A stretch of 55,990 nt of DNA from a virus (Duplodnaviria; Caudoviricetes). This document shows positions 1 through 10,540 of the stretch, in pieces. Where the stretch lies: IMG/VR virus record IMGVR_UViG_3300030116_005147, positions 1-55,990 of that record; one strand, 5' to 3'. Made by a program: the position numbers and the translations under genes. Numbering within the stretch: the first letter of the stretch is position 1; each line of letters begins with the position of its first letter. Under the pieces are notes generated by a model, which was given only the letters and a program-made list of their open reading frames with translations, was not told the DNA's origin and searched no databases.

Positions 1-96
1 ATGAGATTACTATACGTGTCACTAATAGTCCCAGCGACAGACTAAGCCATTATGCAGAAAAAATTGCTCACCAGAAAGCAAAGAAGATTATCAACC
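1..96. repeat. Terminal direct repeat (copy 1), circular-assembly overlap
   Basis: Bases 1-96 are identical to 55895-55990; the repeat lies inside an ORF that reads through the junction in frame. Confidence 0.95.
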
Positions 97-104
97 AAGA
101 ACTA

Positions 105-3100
105 ATGCGCGGAAAAGGCGTTGTTTTTGTTAGACAAGCTACTACCGAACAAAGAGCAGCAGCCGCTCGCAATTCCGGTATTCCTTTCTTATACAATACT
201 TTTGTTCCTTCTGCTCCTAGCGACACGCTCTATGTCAACGAAGACGGCTACGTAGTCGCTACAGAGAATACGTTTAAAGAAGGATCTTTTGCTATTGATT
301 ACACAGCGCAAGTTTTTAACAGCACTATTGCCTACACAGGCGCTGTGGGACACGAGCTTTGGGACTCAGGCGTTATCTCAGACATGTCGAGTTTTGCAAC
401 TACCGAAGACGGTAGTTTTAACTGGCAAGGCTTAGGCGGTCAGCAAACGCTTAAGCACCGAGTTGCTGAAGGAGAAACTTTAGAGGACATTGCTTTTAAG
501 TACTACGGCAGTAGAGAAAACATGCACGGTCAGTTGTGGGTAGAGCGGCAGCGTGTTGCGTTAGGTTTAGGCCCCGGCGAACAACCCCCCGTGGGCACTC
601 GCGTCTCCGTACATCGTGATGTCTTTGATGTGTTGAACAAAGCCGCTGCTGTTGCTCTGGGTACAGCAAAGGATGTAAACGTATGGGAGGAGATGGTAGA
701 AAGAGAGCAGTTGTTGGCAACAGAACAGCTTCTTGATTTGGCCGAGTGGTCTGCTCACAACCTGGATTTATCGGGCTCTGTTACGCTTCCTTTTGGCGGC
801 GGCCCGACGATGACCTCTGAAATAGAACTTCTTTCCTGGGGAGATTTTGACTTAGATACTAAGTCTGCCGCCTTGGGTGCTCTCTTTGCTACTAGCGGCA
901 TCTATGCAGACGTACGAGCAATAGATGCCTTTACTGGTACTATGGTTATTGCAGGTAAAGGTATTCAGGCTGGTAAGGCTTATAGGCAAGCCCGACAAGT
1001 CGAGCGCACTGCTAACGAGATGGTCAAGGTTGTAGACGAAGCGTACGATTACGACAGCCTGGTGCAGAAGATTAGAGAGATAAACCCTGGTGCAGACTAT
1101 GTGTACGAAGCCAAAGTAGCTGCGGCTATGGGTATAGACGAGAACGTATCGGCTCAGCTTAGGGCATTGGACAGAGCCAGAGAGCAAGAACAGATTCTTC
1201 TTCGCCGGGCAGAGTTAGACGAAGAGAGTTTGGTTTCTCAAGTAGAGAGAGCGGAGGCTACTGCTGCAAAAGACAGGGCAACAGAGAATATTCTGGAGAT
1301 ACAACTTAAGTCAGAAATACTTAAAAAGGAAGCTTACGAATCTGTTGTATCTGCTTTAGACAAACAAGGAGCGGTGGCAGCGGCCAAAAAGTACAAGCAA
1401 GAGCTTGAGGCTGCTGGAGTATTACAGAAACAAACAGACGCAGCGGTTGCTTCTCGTGATTCGTTTATTGCGAAGGAGACAACAAAGAGCCACGTTAGGA
1501 CTTTAGAAAACAACCAGAAGCAGATTAAGGATGCTGTAGAGCAGGAGAGCGCTGCGTCAAAGTCTTTTTCTGTAGAGGCAGAAAACGTAAAGACTGTTGT
1601 TACTGACCTTCGGCTTCAGAAGAGATCTCTTAATGCGCGAATGGATGAGTTGCGAGCAGCGCAACGACAAGAGCTTGATGACATTGCTCTGCAAGCACAA
1701 CCCGTACGTGCTCCTACAGCCGAACTGGTTGTAAGAGCCAAGAATGCAGGCGTGCCTATAGACATTAACAGACCCCCGACAAACCTTAGCAGCTTTAGAA
1801 AAAAAGTTAGTAGAGCAGAAAGCAAGGCAGGTAAGAAAGACGTTAATCCAGACGATGTGGAAGCCGTTCAAAAAGAACTCGATAAGGTGGCAGCGGCTAA
1901 CAAGAAGAAATCAATCAGCAAAAGAAGAGCAGGACAAGAGGCTGCGAAGAAACGTCACAAGGCAGAAAAACAAGAAATCTTAGATCAAATCAAAGACGTT
2001 AACAAAGACATTAAGTACCTGACCGCTAAAAGAAAACCTGGAGCCGAAAAGCTTGAAGGAAGCCCGGATGCGGAAAGGTTTTACAACAAAAAGAAAACAG
2101 CCAAAGAACGATTAGACAAGGCAAGAAAAGCCCGAGAAAGCCAAGTAAAGCAGGCCCGAGAGTATCGGGCATCTAAAGAAGCAAAGAAAATAAGAGAAGA
2201 GCTAAAGAAATTAGACGCAGAGGTGTTTCGATCGAACGCTGCCTTAGCTCGCGTAGAAGGCTCCGCCTACTCTCGACTAGCAGCTTACGCTCCCGGCATC
2301 AACATGGGCGTGCTGAAGAAGTCAGACGCAGTTGATGCGCTTGAAGAAGCAGTTCAAAGAAACAAGCAAGCTGCTCTGGATGCTGACGAAGCAGTTGCTG
2401 CTGCCAAGAAGAAATACCTTGAGTTTCAAACCTCTCGTAAGACCGCTCAACTATCTGCGCGAGAGGCAGAACGCGCTTTAGATAAGTTAATCGAAGTTAG
2501 GGACAGAAAAGCTCGCTTAGAGCAGAGCATTCGCGGCCAGACAGAACAGCAAGATGTTTGGCGTAAGATTGCTCTAAACATGGCAAGAGAGCTTAGAGAA
2601 GGAAACGGGTTGCTAAAGGCGTTCCCTGACCAATCTGTGAAGTTTGTAGACCCTCTTGGTCCTTCTACTATGTCTGTAAACGCACGCACCGGAGAACGTG
2701 TCATCGACACAAAACTACTTCGGAAGTCTTACGACGAGATGTACGGAGAAGACGCAGTAAATCACTTCTTAAAAACAGAGCCGGAAATGGCTAAGCCTCT
2801 CAATAACTTGTTGTCTAAGACAGGAGAGGTAACGCTGTCTGGAAGCGAGGTGTTTGGTATTCAGCAACTCCAGGCTGGGCTTCTTCGGGCTCGTGAGGCA
2901 GTGCATCCCAAAGCGCAATCGATAGCAACGGTTCGTGCTATTGCACAAGCCAAGGGAGATGTTGACATGATGCGCGTTTCTTTACGCGCATCCAAGAACT
3001 ATTTTAAGAGAGCTGGTCAAACGTTTTTGCACACGATGTCTTTGAATCCCGATTGGTTGGCGTACACGGCTGCTCGTATAGAGAACCAGTTTAACTCTAT

Positions 3101-6100
3101 CAACAATCGTGTCGGCCCTATCGCGGGTGAGTATGCTGCTCTGTTGAAGTCTGCAGACTACAGCGCGTCTATGATCAATGACGATTTGCGTTTGATTCAG
3201 AGAGAAGCACACGGCGGTACTCTTTTGGGAGGAGCCCCAGGTGTTGTCTTAGAGACTTTTAACGCCAACAAGAAATCGCTTAACTCTCAGAAAGCAACCA
3301 ACCTATATTTTGATTTGGTAGATGGGGACGTTCAGCGTCTTAGTACTACGGTCTTTGGAGAAGTAGAGGCTGTTGATGTTATCCGTGGTCTTCAGCAGGA
3401 AGTTAAAAGCTTAGACGAAAAACTTAAGGACATAGACAGAAAGCTTAAGATAGAGAGTGAAGTACCCGGAGAGACTCTTCTGGACGATGCTCTTCGGGAA
3501 GCCAGCGAAAACCTTACTATCAAGCAAAAGGAGTTGGAAGAAGCAGTAGCTGCTCAGCGTGTTTTAGAAGAACGCTTTTATAAGATGAAGCGAGACGTAG
3601 TTACTCAGTCCAATCGGCTTTCTGAAGAAGCAGATCTTTTAGAAAAAACCACTAAGGTATCAGACAACGAATATTCCGTTTTTAATAACTATACCGCTGC
3701 TATGCAAGCTAGAGAAGCTGGAGATACAGTCGCTTTTCAATCCAGAATAACAGACGCAGCGCAAGCATCTGGTGTGTTTTCTCCAGCTAAAATACGAGAC
3801 ATGCGTACAGGCTTCTTAAATGTTTTTGGGGACGCAGAAGAAACAGTTCTTAGAAACCTGGCTGCTGCTGTAGAGACAAAGCTTACACGTCCGCAGGCTT
3901 TGCGCCAAGAAGCAGACGACCTCTTGGTTGGTTTTGAAAGAGGAAACCACCCGCAGCAGAACAACTACGACCGCTTAGTAGCCCAGATTAGAGAATCCCA
4001 AGTCGAGGTAGCTGCTGCGGAAAAAGCAGGTAAGTTAGCAGAAGCTCGTATTAAAAACTTAGAGAGAGGTCAACTCCCCGAAGACCTTATGGCTGCTCTA
4101 ACCAGCAGACAGCAAGTAGTTCGTAAGCAACACGAATACAAACGCTTAGAGCAGAAAGTAGCAGTTCGACAGAAAGACGTAGATAAGTTGGACGCTGAAA
4201 TTGAAGACCTTCAAAACCAAATAGACACAAAGCCCGCGCAGATACAAGAGGAAATCGCTAAGCTTGAGCAAAAAGCTGCGCCCCTCTACACGCGACTACA
4301 GGCTGCTCAATACGTCGGAAACGTAGACGAATCCAGCGACTTGGCTGCAAGCATCGCAAGTATCAATAAAGAAATCGACGAAGCCCAACTGCGCTTTAAT
4401 GCGTATGCAGAAACGAGAACAAACACAGTCGACGGTTCGACTATTGTTGAGCCACGGTTTGATAACACCAACCCTTTATATAACCGAATCGAAAAAGCAA
4501 GGGCTCAACGAGACGATGTTTTTGCTAAGCTATCGAGTGATCAAGATTTATTAGCAGATATTAACACTGAGCTAAGACAACTAATCGATGAGGTAGGGTT
4601 TACTTCAATCAACAGCGAAACGAAGCTGGCTTTAGTACAAGAGCGTAAGTACGTAGAGCGCTTGATTGCGGAAACAAACCAGAAGATAAAAGACCAAACT
4701 AAGAAACCTTCTTACAAGGAAGCGAGTGATTTCTTAGAGTTTAGTGACGAAGGCAACGCACTTCGGGCTGCTACGGTTCGTAAACTAAAAGCTGAAAATC
4801 GACTTGAGCAGCTACAACAAAACTCTTCTTTTGTTGCTGGAGAATCTGAGTTCCACGCTCAGTTGCTTAAAGTAGCTATCGAGCAGGAGAAGAACGAGCT
4901 TGCTAGAGTACTACAAGCCACAAAGCCCGAAGAAGGTACGATATCTAGCGTTCAGAAAAGAATAAGCAACGCTCGACAGATTGCAAACGCTCTAAAGAAA
5001 GAGCCTTTGATTGACTCGTACGAAGAGACTTTGCGTCTTCTAACTAACCAAAAAGCGTTTACTTACGGCATGCACATTGAAAAGTTAGCAAGCGCAGAGC
5101 AAGAACTCTTGCTTGCAACACGGGCGTTTGACGAAGCAAAGCCAGCGTACAGCCAACGACTAAAAGCGTTGATGGACGGCGACGAGGTAATGCCTGTAGG
5201 CAATCGACAACACGGAGAGCTTATCGTCAAGAAGAACATTCCTATTAAGGTTGGGGCACGAACAACTGCGTCTAACACGGGCATGACTGTTCCTTGGGAC
5301 GATGCTGTTCATCAGTTTCGATACACTGACTTACTGCACTTCAATAAAAAAGTAGAAGCAGCAGCAAAGCAACCAGGTAACTTTTCTACCAACTTAAGAA
5401 ACCACGGTGTGTCTGAAGCGTTCATGGGATTGTCCCGCATGTGGTTACCCAGAGGACACAAGCTGTCGGATTACAACTCAACAGAGCTTTTGTCTTCTGC
5501 AGCAGACATCTTGGCGTCAGGAAAAGGAACTACTTTCAGAGAGTTCTCTGACGCTATGAGGTTGAAAACGTATCAGATTATTAAAGAAACTTCTGGTATT
5601 CCAGAACAAGCGTTGTTGGATTTAAACTCTACGACGAAAGCCGCTGAAGCAGAGCACTCTATCGCTATGGGCGCGTACAATGTTTTACGAGCATCGTTGC
5701 TCAAGAAGACACTGGACAGAATGGTGACCACGCATGGAGCGATGTTCACTACTAAACAAGCCGATGCGATTAACGCTTTCTTAGGTGCAGAAGCCGGAAT
5801 CAAATCTATTGACCCCGCAGATTGGCCAGACGTTGTCGAAGGACTAAACCGTCTCGGCACACCGATTACTCAAACGCACGTAGGTGCTCGCCACGGACTT
5901 GCAGAAAAAACCACGCGGCTAATCGCTTCGGGCGCTACTGCTGAGGGCTCTACTATTTACGCCAGAGAAGATTTGATTGGTGCCATTAACGATGTCTTTA
6001 ATGACGCTGCTAAAAGATCAGATAGATTCTACCGTGCTAGCAGTGATTCTCAGATGGGGCTGGGCTCCAAAGTTGCAAACAACAAACTGTATTCTATGTG

Positions 6101-8060
6101 GAAACAGAGCGTTACCACCGGGCTGATTCTACCGAATCCTCACTACTGGGCTAACACCGCAGTGGGTGACTTTTCGCAAATGGCTTTTACGGTTGGTTAT
6201 GGAACAGCGACCAAGCAAAGCCTTATGAACCTGCCTCACTTTGTTCCTGTATTAGGTAAGTACTGGCAGCCCTGGGTGTCTACAATGACGCACTGGTCTT
6301 CAAACAAGCCTGTCTTGGGGACACTGACAAACGCCTGGTTTAACCCGCACTTAAACAGCATCTGGAACAGAAAGCCCGGTTACATTGTTTTTAAAGGCGG
6401 GCAAACTGCTTCTTACGACGACGTATATCGCTTTGCTGTAGAAGACGGCATCATAGATTCAGTCATCCAACAAGAGTTCTTGGCTGCTTTAGATAGAGGC
6501 AAAACAGCAGCTATGAAAAACAAGTTTGAGTCTATGGCTACCATAGGCAAGAACTGGAACGAAGATATCTTGTTGTTTGCGGACTTTGCCCAGAAACGAC
6601 AAAGAATGGCTTTGTATGTAGATTTATTGCAGAAAGGCTATACAAGAAAAGAAGCGGCTCGTCTTACTTTAGAGGCTTTGTACGATTGGAAGCACGGTGT
6701 TTCTCAATGGGAAGTAGCTAAGATTTTGTGGATGAGCCCGTTCTGGCGGTTCTGGAAGAATGCTCTTAAGCAAACTGCTCGTGTCTATACCGACCCGCTT
6801 ACGAAGCCAGACAAGGTTATTCAGGAGCTTATGGCTTCTGGGCTCGGAGAAGTACCTGCGGGGTCTGCGGCTGCTCAAAGAATGCGTCAAACACTTATTG
6901 CTGCAGATCGAGGCGGCGAGATGTTGTATGAACAGTTTGCTCAAGACACAGAACCTGCCCAAGCTCGTTTCTATACGGACGTATTAGAAGATGGAAGGGC
7001 ACAACTAAAAGAAGTCTACATGGACGCTTCGGTGTTTATGCAAGACTACATGTTAGACAATCTTTACTACGGAACAACTACGCTGTCTGACCAGAAGCGG
7101 AAGTTTTTTGATACTGAGTTAGTTCCTTTGGGTGGTTTGTTAGACCCTCTGGGTAACGCAATGGGTATCGCCCCAGGAAGATCTCCCTTCCCAGACTCTA
7201 CGTCTGTAGACGCTCACAGGTCTTACACACACGCTCACTACATAGGTCCAAAGTTCTCTACCATAGAGTCGTTTGTCTTGTTCTCTACCCTTTCTGCTTG
7301 GGCTGTTTCTGGCGGATACGCTGCAAAAGAAGCAATAGAAAACGGAGAGGACACGGTCATAACACCTGACTTTATAGAGGACTTCGTACTAAAACCCTCT
7401 ACAAAAGTAATCGGCGGACCCGTAGCGTTTCCTATGTTGGAAGCTGCAGCCAAGATGGGCGGCTACGAGATTCCTTTTGGAACCTTAGACAGGTACGCGT
7501 ATCGAGGAGGATACAGTTCAACGCTGTCAGAAGGAGAAGCTTACCTAATGTCTGCAATGAACCTGAACGTTACACCCGCAGAAGCAAGAGAACAACTCAA
7601 GGAAGATCCAAAACCGTTTACTCCAGGCACCGCAGGAAAGTACGTAACCGACAACGCTTTTGGACTGTTCCTCTTACGGAACCTGCCCTTCGTAATGCAG
7701 CTACCTACTAAAGTAGATCAAGCTTACTTTAGGAATCCAGACGTGCAGAGAGGTTTGTTTCCCGCCGCATACGGTGCTTTTCAACAAATGGGAGGACTGC
7801 CTTATAAGCCCGTATACTTTGATCCCAAGCAGATATTTACAGGCAAACAATACGAAGTAGACAGCCAGTTTAAAGCCATGAAAGAGAAGTACGGTAAGCT
7901 GGAAGCAGATAGGAAAGCAGCTAAGTCGCGTGCTGCAGCCGAAAGGGACTTAGAGCAGAACATCGAGTTCTTGCGAGGCGAAGGCGAGATAGCACCGTTG
8001 CCGGAAGGAATGTCTACGGACGAGCTATTAGAGGGTTTTGGCGAAACAGCCGACGAGTAA
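105..8060 (+). CDS. C-terminal 2651 aa of a giant (about 3316 aa) putative internal virion/DNA-ejection protein with a LysM-like domain; true start is probably at 54004
   Basis: Frame is continuous with the open frame 54004-55990 across the circular junction; LysM-like segment HRVAEGETLEDIAFKYYG...PPVGTRVSV (about 456-611); long Ala/Lys/Glu coiled-coil stretches; last and largest of three genes after the tail genes, as in podovirus ejectosomes. Confidence 0.75.
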   Translation: MRGKGVVFVRQATTEQRAAAARNSGIPFLYNTFVPSAPSDTLYVNEDGYVVATENTFKEGSFAIDYTAQVFNSTIAYTGAVGHELWDSGVISDMSSFATTEDGSFNWQGLGGQQTLKHRVAEGETLEDIAFKYYGSRENMHGQLWVERQRVALGLGPGEQPPVGTRVSVHRDVFDVLNKAAAVALGTAKDVNVWEEMVEREQLLATEQLLDLAEWSAHNLDLSGSVTLPFGGGPTMTSEIELLSWGDFDLDTKSAALGALFATSGIYADVRAIDAFTGTMVIAGKGIQAGKAYRQARQVERTANEMVKVVDEAYDYDSLVQKIREINPGADYVYEAKVAAAMGIDENVSAQLRALDRAREQEQILLRRAELDEESLVSQVERAEATAAKDRATENILEIQLKSEILKKEAYESVVSALDKQGAVAAAKKYKQELEAAGVLQKQTDAAVASRDSFIAKETTKSHVRTLENNQKQIKDAVEQESAASKSFSVEAENVKTVVTDLRLQKRSLNARMDELRAAQRQELDDIALQAQPVRAPTAELVVRAKNAGVPIDINRPPTNLSSFRKKVSRAESKAGKKDVNPDDVEAVQKELDKVAAANKKKSISKRRAGQEAAKKRHKAEKQEILDQIKDVNKDIKYLTAKRKPGAEKLEGSPDAERFYNKKKTAKERLDKARKARESQVKQAREYRASKEAKKIREELKKLDAEVFRSNAALARVEGSAYSRLAAYAPGINMGVLKKSDAVDALEEAVQRNKQAALDADEAVAAAKKKYLEFQTSRKTAQLSAREAERALDKLIEVRDRKARLEQSIRGQTEQQDVWRKIALNMARELREGNGLLKAFPDQSVKFVDPLGPSTMSVNARTGERVIDTKLLRKSYDEMYGEDAVNHFLKTEPEMAKPLNNLLSKTGEVTLSGSEVFGIQQLQAGLLRAREAVHPKAQSIATVRAIAQAKGDVDMMRVSLRASKNYFKRAGQTFLHTMSLNPDWLAYTAARIENQFNSINNRVGPIAGEYAALLKSADYSASMINDDLRLIQREAHGGTLLGGAPGVVLETFNANKKSLNSQKATNLYFDLVDGDVQRLSTTVFGEVEAVDVIRGLQQEVKSLDEKLKDIDRKLKIESEVPGETLLDDALREASENLTIKQKELEEAVAAQRVLEERFYKMKRDVVTQSNRLSEEADLLEKTTKVSDNEYSVFNNYTAAMQAREAGDTVAFQSRITDAAQASGVFSPAKIRDMRTGFLNVFGDAEETVLRNLAAAVETKLTRPQALRQEADDLLVGFERGNHPQQNNYDRLVAQIRESQVEVAAAEKAGKLAEARIKNLERGQLPEDLMAALTSRQQVVRKQHEYKRLEQKVAVRQKDVDKLDAEIEDLQNQIDTKPAQIQEEIAKLEQKAAPLYTRLQAAQYVGNVDESSDLAASIASINKEIDEAQLRFNAYAETRTNTVDGSTIVEPRFDNTNPLYNRIEKARAQRDDVFAKLSSDQDLLADINTELRQLIDEVGFTSINSETKLALVQERKYVERLIAETNQKIKDQTKKPSYKEASDFLEFSDEGNALRAATVRKLKAENRLEQLQQNSSFVAGESEFHAQLLKVAIEQEKNELARVLQATKPEEGTISSVQKRISNARQIANALKKEPLIDSYEETLRLLTNQKAFTYGMHIEKLASAEQELLLATRAFDEAKPAYSQRLKALMDGDEVMPVGNRQHGELIVKKNIPIKVGARTTASNTGMTVPWDDAVHQFRYTDLLHFNKKVEAAAKQPGNFSTNLRNHGVSEAFMGLSRMWLPRGHKLSDYNSTELLSSAADILASGKGTTFREFSDAMRLKTYQIIKETSGIPEQALLDLNSTTKAAEAEHSIAMGAYNVLRASLLKKTLDRMVTTHGAMFTTKQADAINAFLGAEAGIKSIDPADWPDVVEGLNRLGTPITQTHVGARHGLAEKTTRLIASGATAEGSTIYAREDLIGAINDVFNDAAKRSDRFYRASSDSQMGLGSKVANNKLYSMWKQSVTTGLILPNPHYWANTAVGDFSQMAFTVGYGTATKQSLMNLPHFVPVLGKYWQPWVSTMTHWSSNKPVLGTLTNAWFNPHLNSIWNRKPGYIVFKGGQTASYDDVYRFAVEDGIIDSVIQQEFLAALDRGKTAAMKNKFESMATIGKNWNEDILLFADFAQKRQRMALYVDLLQKGYTRKEAARLTLEALYDWKHGVSQWEVAKILWMSPFWRFWKNALKQTARVYTDPLTKPDKVIQELMASGLGEVPAGSAAAQRMRQTLIAADRGGEMLYEQFAQDTEPAQARFYTDVLEDGRAQLKEVYMDASVFMQDYMLDNLYYGTTTLSDQKRKFFDTELVPLGGLLDPLGNAMGIAPGRSPFPDSTSVDAHRSYTHAHYIGPKFSTIESFVLFSTLSAWAVSGGYAAKEAIENGEDTVITPDFIEDFVLKPSTKVIGGPVAFPMLEAAAKMGGYEIPFGTLDRYAYRGGYSSTLSEGEAYLMSAMNLNVTPAEAREQLKEDPKPFTPGTAGKYVTDNAFGLFLLRNLPFVMQLPTKVDQAYFRNPDVQRGLFPAAYGAFQQMGGLPYKPVYFDPKQIFTGKQYEVDSQFKAMKEKYGKLEADRKAAKSRAAAERDLEQNIEFLRGEGEIAPLPEGMSTDELLEGFGETADE

Positions 8061-8062
8061 AC

Positions 8063-8091
8063 TGGCACAGGCAACTCGCCTATGATAGGAT
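8063..8091 (+). promoter_or_regulatory. Putative sigma70-type promoter for the fibre/lysis block
   Basis: TGGCAC-17 bp-TAGGAT with extended -10 TG; the same TGATAGGAT occurs in the primase promoter; AGGAGG RBS precedes 8142. Confidence 0.45.
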
Positions 8092-8141
8092 TTGAGCGGT
8101 GATGGGAGCATGAAGCTCTAAGGATTGGATAGGAGGTCACC

Positions 8142-8795
8142 ATGGGTATTCCACAACATTCTCTTAATCCCGGTCGCGCAGTTCCGAACTCTCGGGACCA
8201 CGGTCAGGAAATGCTTTTTGAGGCCGCAGGCACTATTACTGCCGACGCTCTCGTTTATTCTTCAGCCGACTCCAGCGGTCGCGCAGTTGTAAGTGTCGCT
8301 GATGACGATGCTCGGTCTACTGCCGATGGCGCTCTCTGGGTTGCACTTCACGCCGCTGCTGCAGGACAGCAGGTTCGTTGCGCCAAGTACCGTATCTTGA
8401 GCAACGTCAACGCTTCTTCGGGCGCGGTCGGTGGTGCTGTCTATCTGAGCGATGACGGCGGTTGGTCGGCCACAGCGGGTACTGTTCGTAAGCGCGTTGG
8501 AACTTTCTTGGACAATAGCGCAACTACAGGTGTCGTAGAGCTTGCTCCACAAGCGAGCTTCTCAAGCGAGACATTGTCAGGTGCTTTTATCTCTTCGGAG
8601 CAAACAGGAAGTGGAAGCCTACAGAGCATTGCTCACGGACTGGGAAGGGTGCCTACTACGATTATCCCCATCCTCACGACTACAGCGAGTGGTGCTAATT
8701 CGGCTGTATTGGGGACAAGCAGTGACGCTTCTGACGCTACCAACGTCAAGATTACAGTTACTAATACTGCAAAGTACATCGTTATCGCATTCTGA
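8142..8795 (+). CDS. Putative virion decoration/capsid-fibre-like protein
   Basis: 217 aa, strong RBS, Gly/Ala/Ser/Thr-rich, GGAVYLSDDGG motif and C-terminal IAHGLGRVP fibre-like motif. Confidence 0.55.
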   Translation: MGIPQHSLNPGRAVPNSRDHGQEMLFEAAGTITADALVYSSADSSGRAVVSVADDDARSTADGALWVALHAAAAGQQVRCAKYRILSNVNASSGAVGGAVYLSDDGGWSATAGTVRKRVGTFLDNSATTGVVELAPQASFSSETLSGAFISSEQTGSGSLQSIAHGLGRVPTTIIPILTTTASGANSAVLGTSSDASDATNVKITVTNTAKYIVIAF

Positions 8796-8803
8796 GGTGA
8801 GCT

Positions 8804-9202
8804 ATGGGCGCTTATAGACGCTTTGATTCTACAGCGTCCACGGGCGGCTCTGCCACAGTGGACGTAACACTACAGCTTTCTAACGTAGACTTGGTAACGA
8901 GTAAGCCACTCAACCCGATGTGGCTTGTTCGTGCTGTATATGTGAAGTTCACTCGTGGCGGCTCCTCTGCGGCTACTTATGACGTGCGTATTGGCGAGAC
9001 TTCTGGTTGGACCAATGGTGCCCAGGACGAGCGGTACTCTAACACAGCTACTGCTCACGGCACTCTGGTCACGGACGTGCTCGATGGCGTGCCCATCAAG
9101 ACGGACGATAACGGTCGTGTGTATATTCGCTTTACAGGTAACGCAGGAACAGGTCACTCCATCGAGTATACCGTCGATTTAGAATCCGTACCGGGGTCTT
9201 GA
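8804..9202 (+). CDS. Hypothetical virion protein (beta-rich)
   Basis: 132 aa, GAGGTG RBS, operon context. Confidence 0.6.
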   Translation: MGAYRRFDSTASTGGSATVDVTLQLSNVDLVTSKPLNPMWLVRAVYVKFTRGGSSAATYDVRIGETSGWTNGAQDERYSNTATAHGTLVTDVLDGVPIKTDDNGRVYIRFTGNAGTGHSIEYTVDLESVPGS

Positions 9203-9203
9203 T

Positions 9204-10178
9204 ATGCCTATTGTTCGTCCCAAGCAACCAGGAAGAACTCAGCTTTCTGAGTTGGAAGTTGATGAGACTACTACTGTAGTAGACTCTGTTAACAATCGCC
9301 TTGGGGTCGGTCTTTCAGATCCCAAGACTCGATTGACTGTCGAGGGCTCTGTCACCTTGAAGGAGCAAGCATCTGCTGATGGTGACACTGCTGCTTACGG
9401 TCAGCTTTGGGTAAAGACCGCGACCCCGAATGAGCTTTACTTCACCACCGACGCTGGTGACGATATCCCGATTACCTCTGGAACTACGACTGCTTTTGTT
9501 GGTGATATTACGGGAGTGACGGCGGGCACAGGATTGTCAGGAGGAGGATCTTCTGGAGCAGTTACTCTTAGTGTAGACGCCAGTCAAACCCAGATTACTG
9601 CTGTCGGAACTATCGGTACGGGAGTCTGGCAAGGTACTGCAATCGCTCAGGCGTACATTGCAAACGACGCCATTAACGGCGACAAGATTGCAGACGACGC
9701 GATTAACTCGGAGCACTACACCGACGGTTCTATCGACACCGCCCACATCGCAGACAATCAGGTCACACTGGCTAAGATGGCGGGGATTACTCGCGGGTCT
9801 ATTATTATTGGAAACGCCAGTGGAGATCCTGCCCTCTTGGCTGCGGGCTCAAATAACTATGTGCTAACTTCCGATGGAACCGACATTGCCTGGGCTGAAG
9901 CATCGGGAGGTGGGAGCACAGATCTAAACGGTCTAAGCGCTGCTGTTGTAGATGTCGCGGCTGACAGCATTGGAATCATTGATGCTAACGACAGTAACAA
10001 CTCAAAGAAAGAAAGCATCGCTGACTTCGTTAGCGCTATTGCTGGCACAGGGTTTAGTGCTTCAAATGGTGTGCTGAACCTCAATGCTTCAACATCGGCG
10101 GCAGGGTTCGTCAGTGGCGGCGTTCGCGGTACTGCTGACCAGTTAGGCGAAGTTTTATTCAACCAAGTTTTTAGTTAG
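9204..10178 (+). CDS. Tail fibre-like protein
   Basis: 324 aa; DITGVTAGTGLSGGG, GTIGTGVWQGTAI and KIADDAI...HIADNQVTLAKMA repeats typical of phage fibre shafts. Confidence 0.65.
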   Translation: MPIVRPKQPGRTQLSELEVDETTTVVDSVNNRLGVGLSDPKTRLTVEGSVTLKEQASADGDTAAYGQLWVKTATPNELYFTTDAGDDIPITSGTTTAFVGDITGVTAGTGLSGGGSSGAVTLSVDASQTQITAVGTIGTGVWQGTAIAQAYIANDAINGDKIADDAINSEHYTDGSIDTAHIADNQVTLAKMAGITRGSIIIGNASGDPALLAAGSNNYVLTSDGTDIAWAEASGGGSTDLNGLSAAVVDVAADSIGIIDANDSNNSKKESIADFVSAIAGTGFSASNGVLNLNASTSAAGFVSGGVRGTADQLGEVLFNQVFS

Positions 10179-10189
10179 AGGGCTCGATT

Positions 10190-10540
10190 ATGGCGACAAT
10201 TGTAAAGCAAGAATTCTCTGAGTCAGACGATGGCAGACCAATCAAAGTGGCAGATTCAAACACCACTATTCACCAAACACAAGCGGGTACTGGTGATAAC
10301 AACTTCGACGAAATTTGGGCTTGGGCGACGAATACCTCAACTGCCGGGGTAGAATTGACTATCCTCTGGGGAGGCACAACAGACCCTGATGATAAAATCA
10401 TTGTGACCATTCCTCCTAAATCAGGTTTAACGCAGATTATTCCGGGCCTGGTTCTTCAAGGCGGGGACGACTTTTTGGCTGTGGCAGCCACCACCAATGT
10501 TATTAATATTGTTGGCTTTGTAAACAAGTTGACAGCCTAA
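10190..10540 (+). CDS. Hypothetical fibre-associated virion protein
   Basis: 116 aa beta-rich ORF (DEIWAWATNT...LTILWGGTTDPDD), coupled TAATG to next gene. Confidence 0.6.
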   Translation: MATIVKQEFSESDDGRPIKVADSNTTIHQTQAGTGDNNFDEIWAWATNTSTAGVELTILWGGTTDPDDKIIVTIPPKSGLTQIIPGLVLQGGDDFLAVAATTNVINIVGFVNKLTA

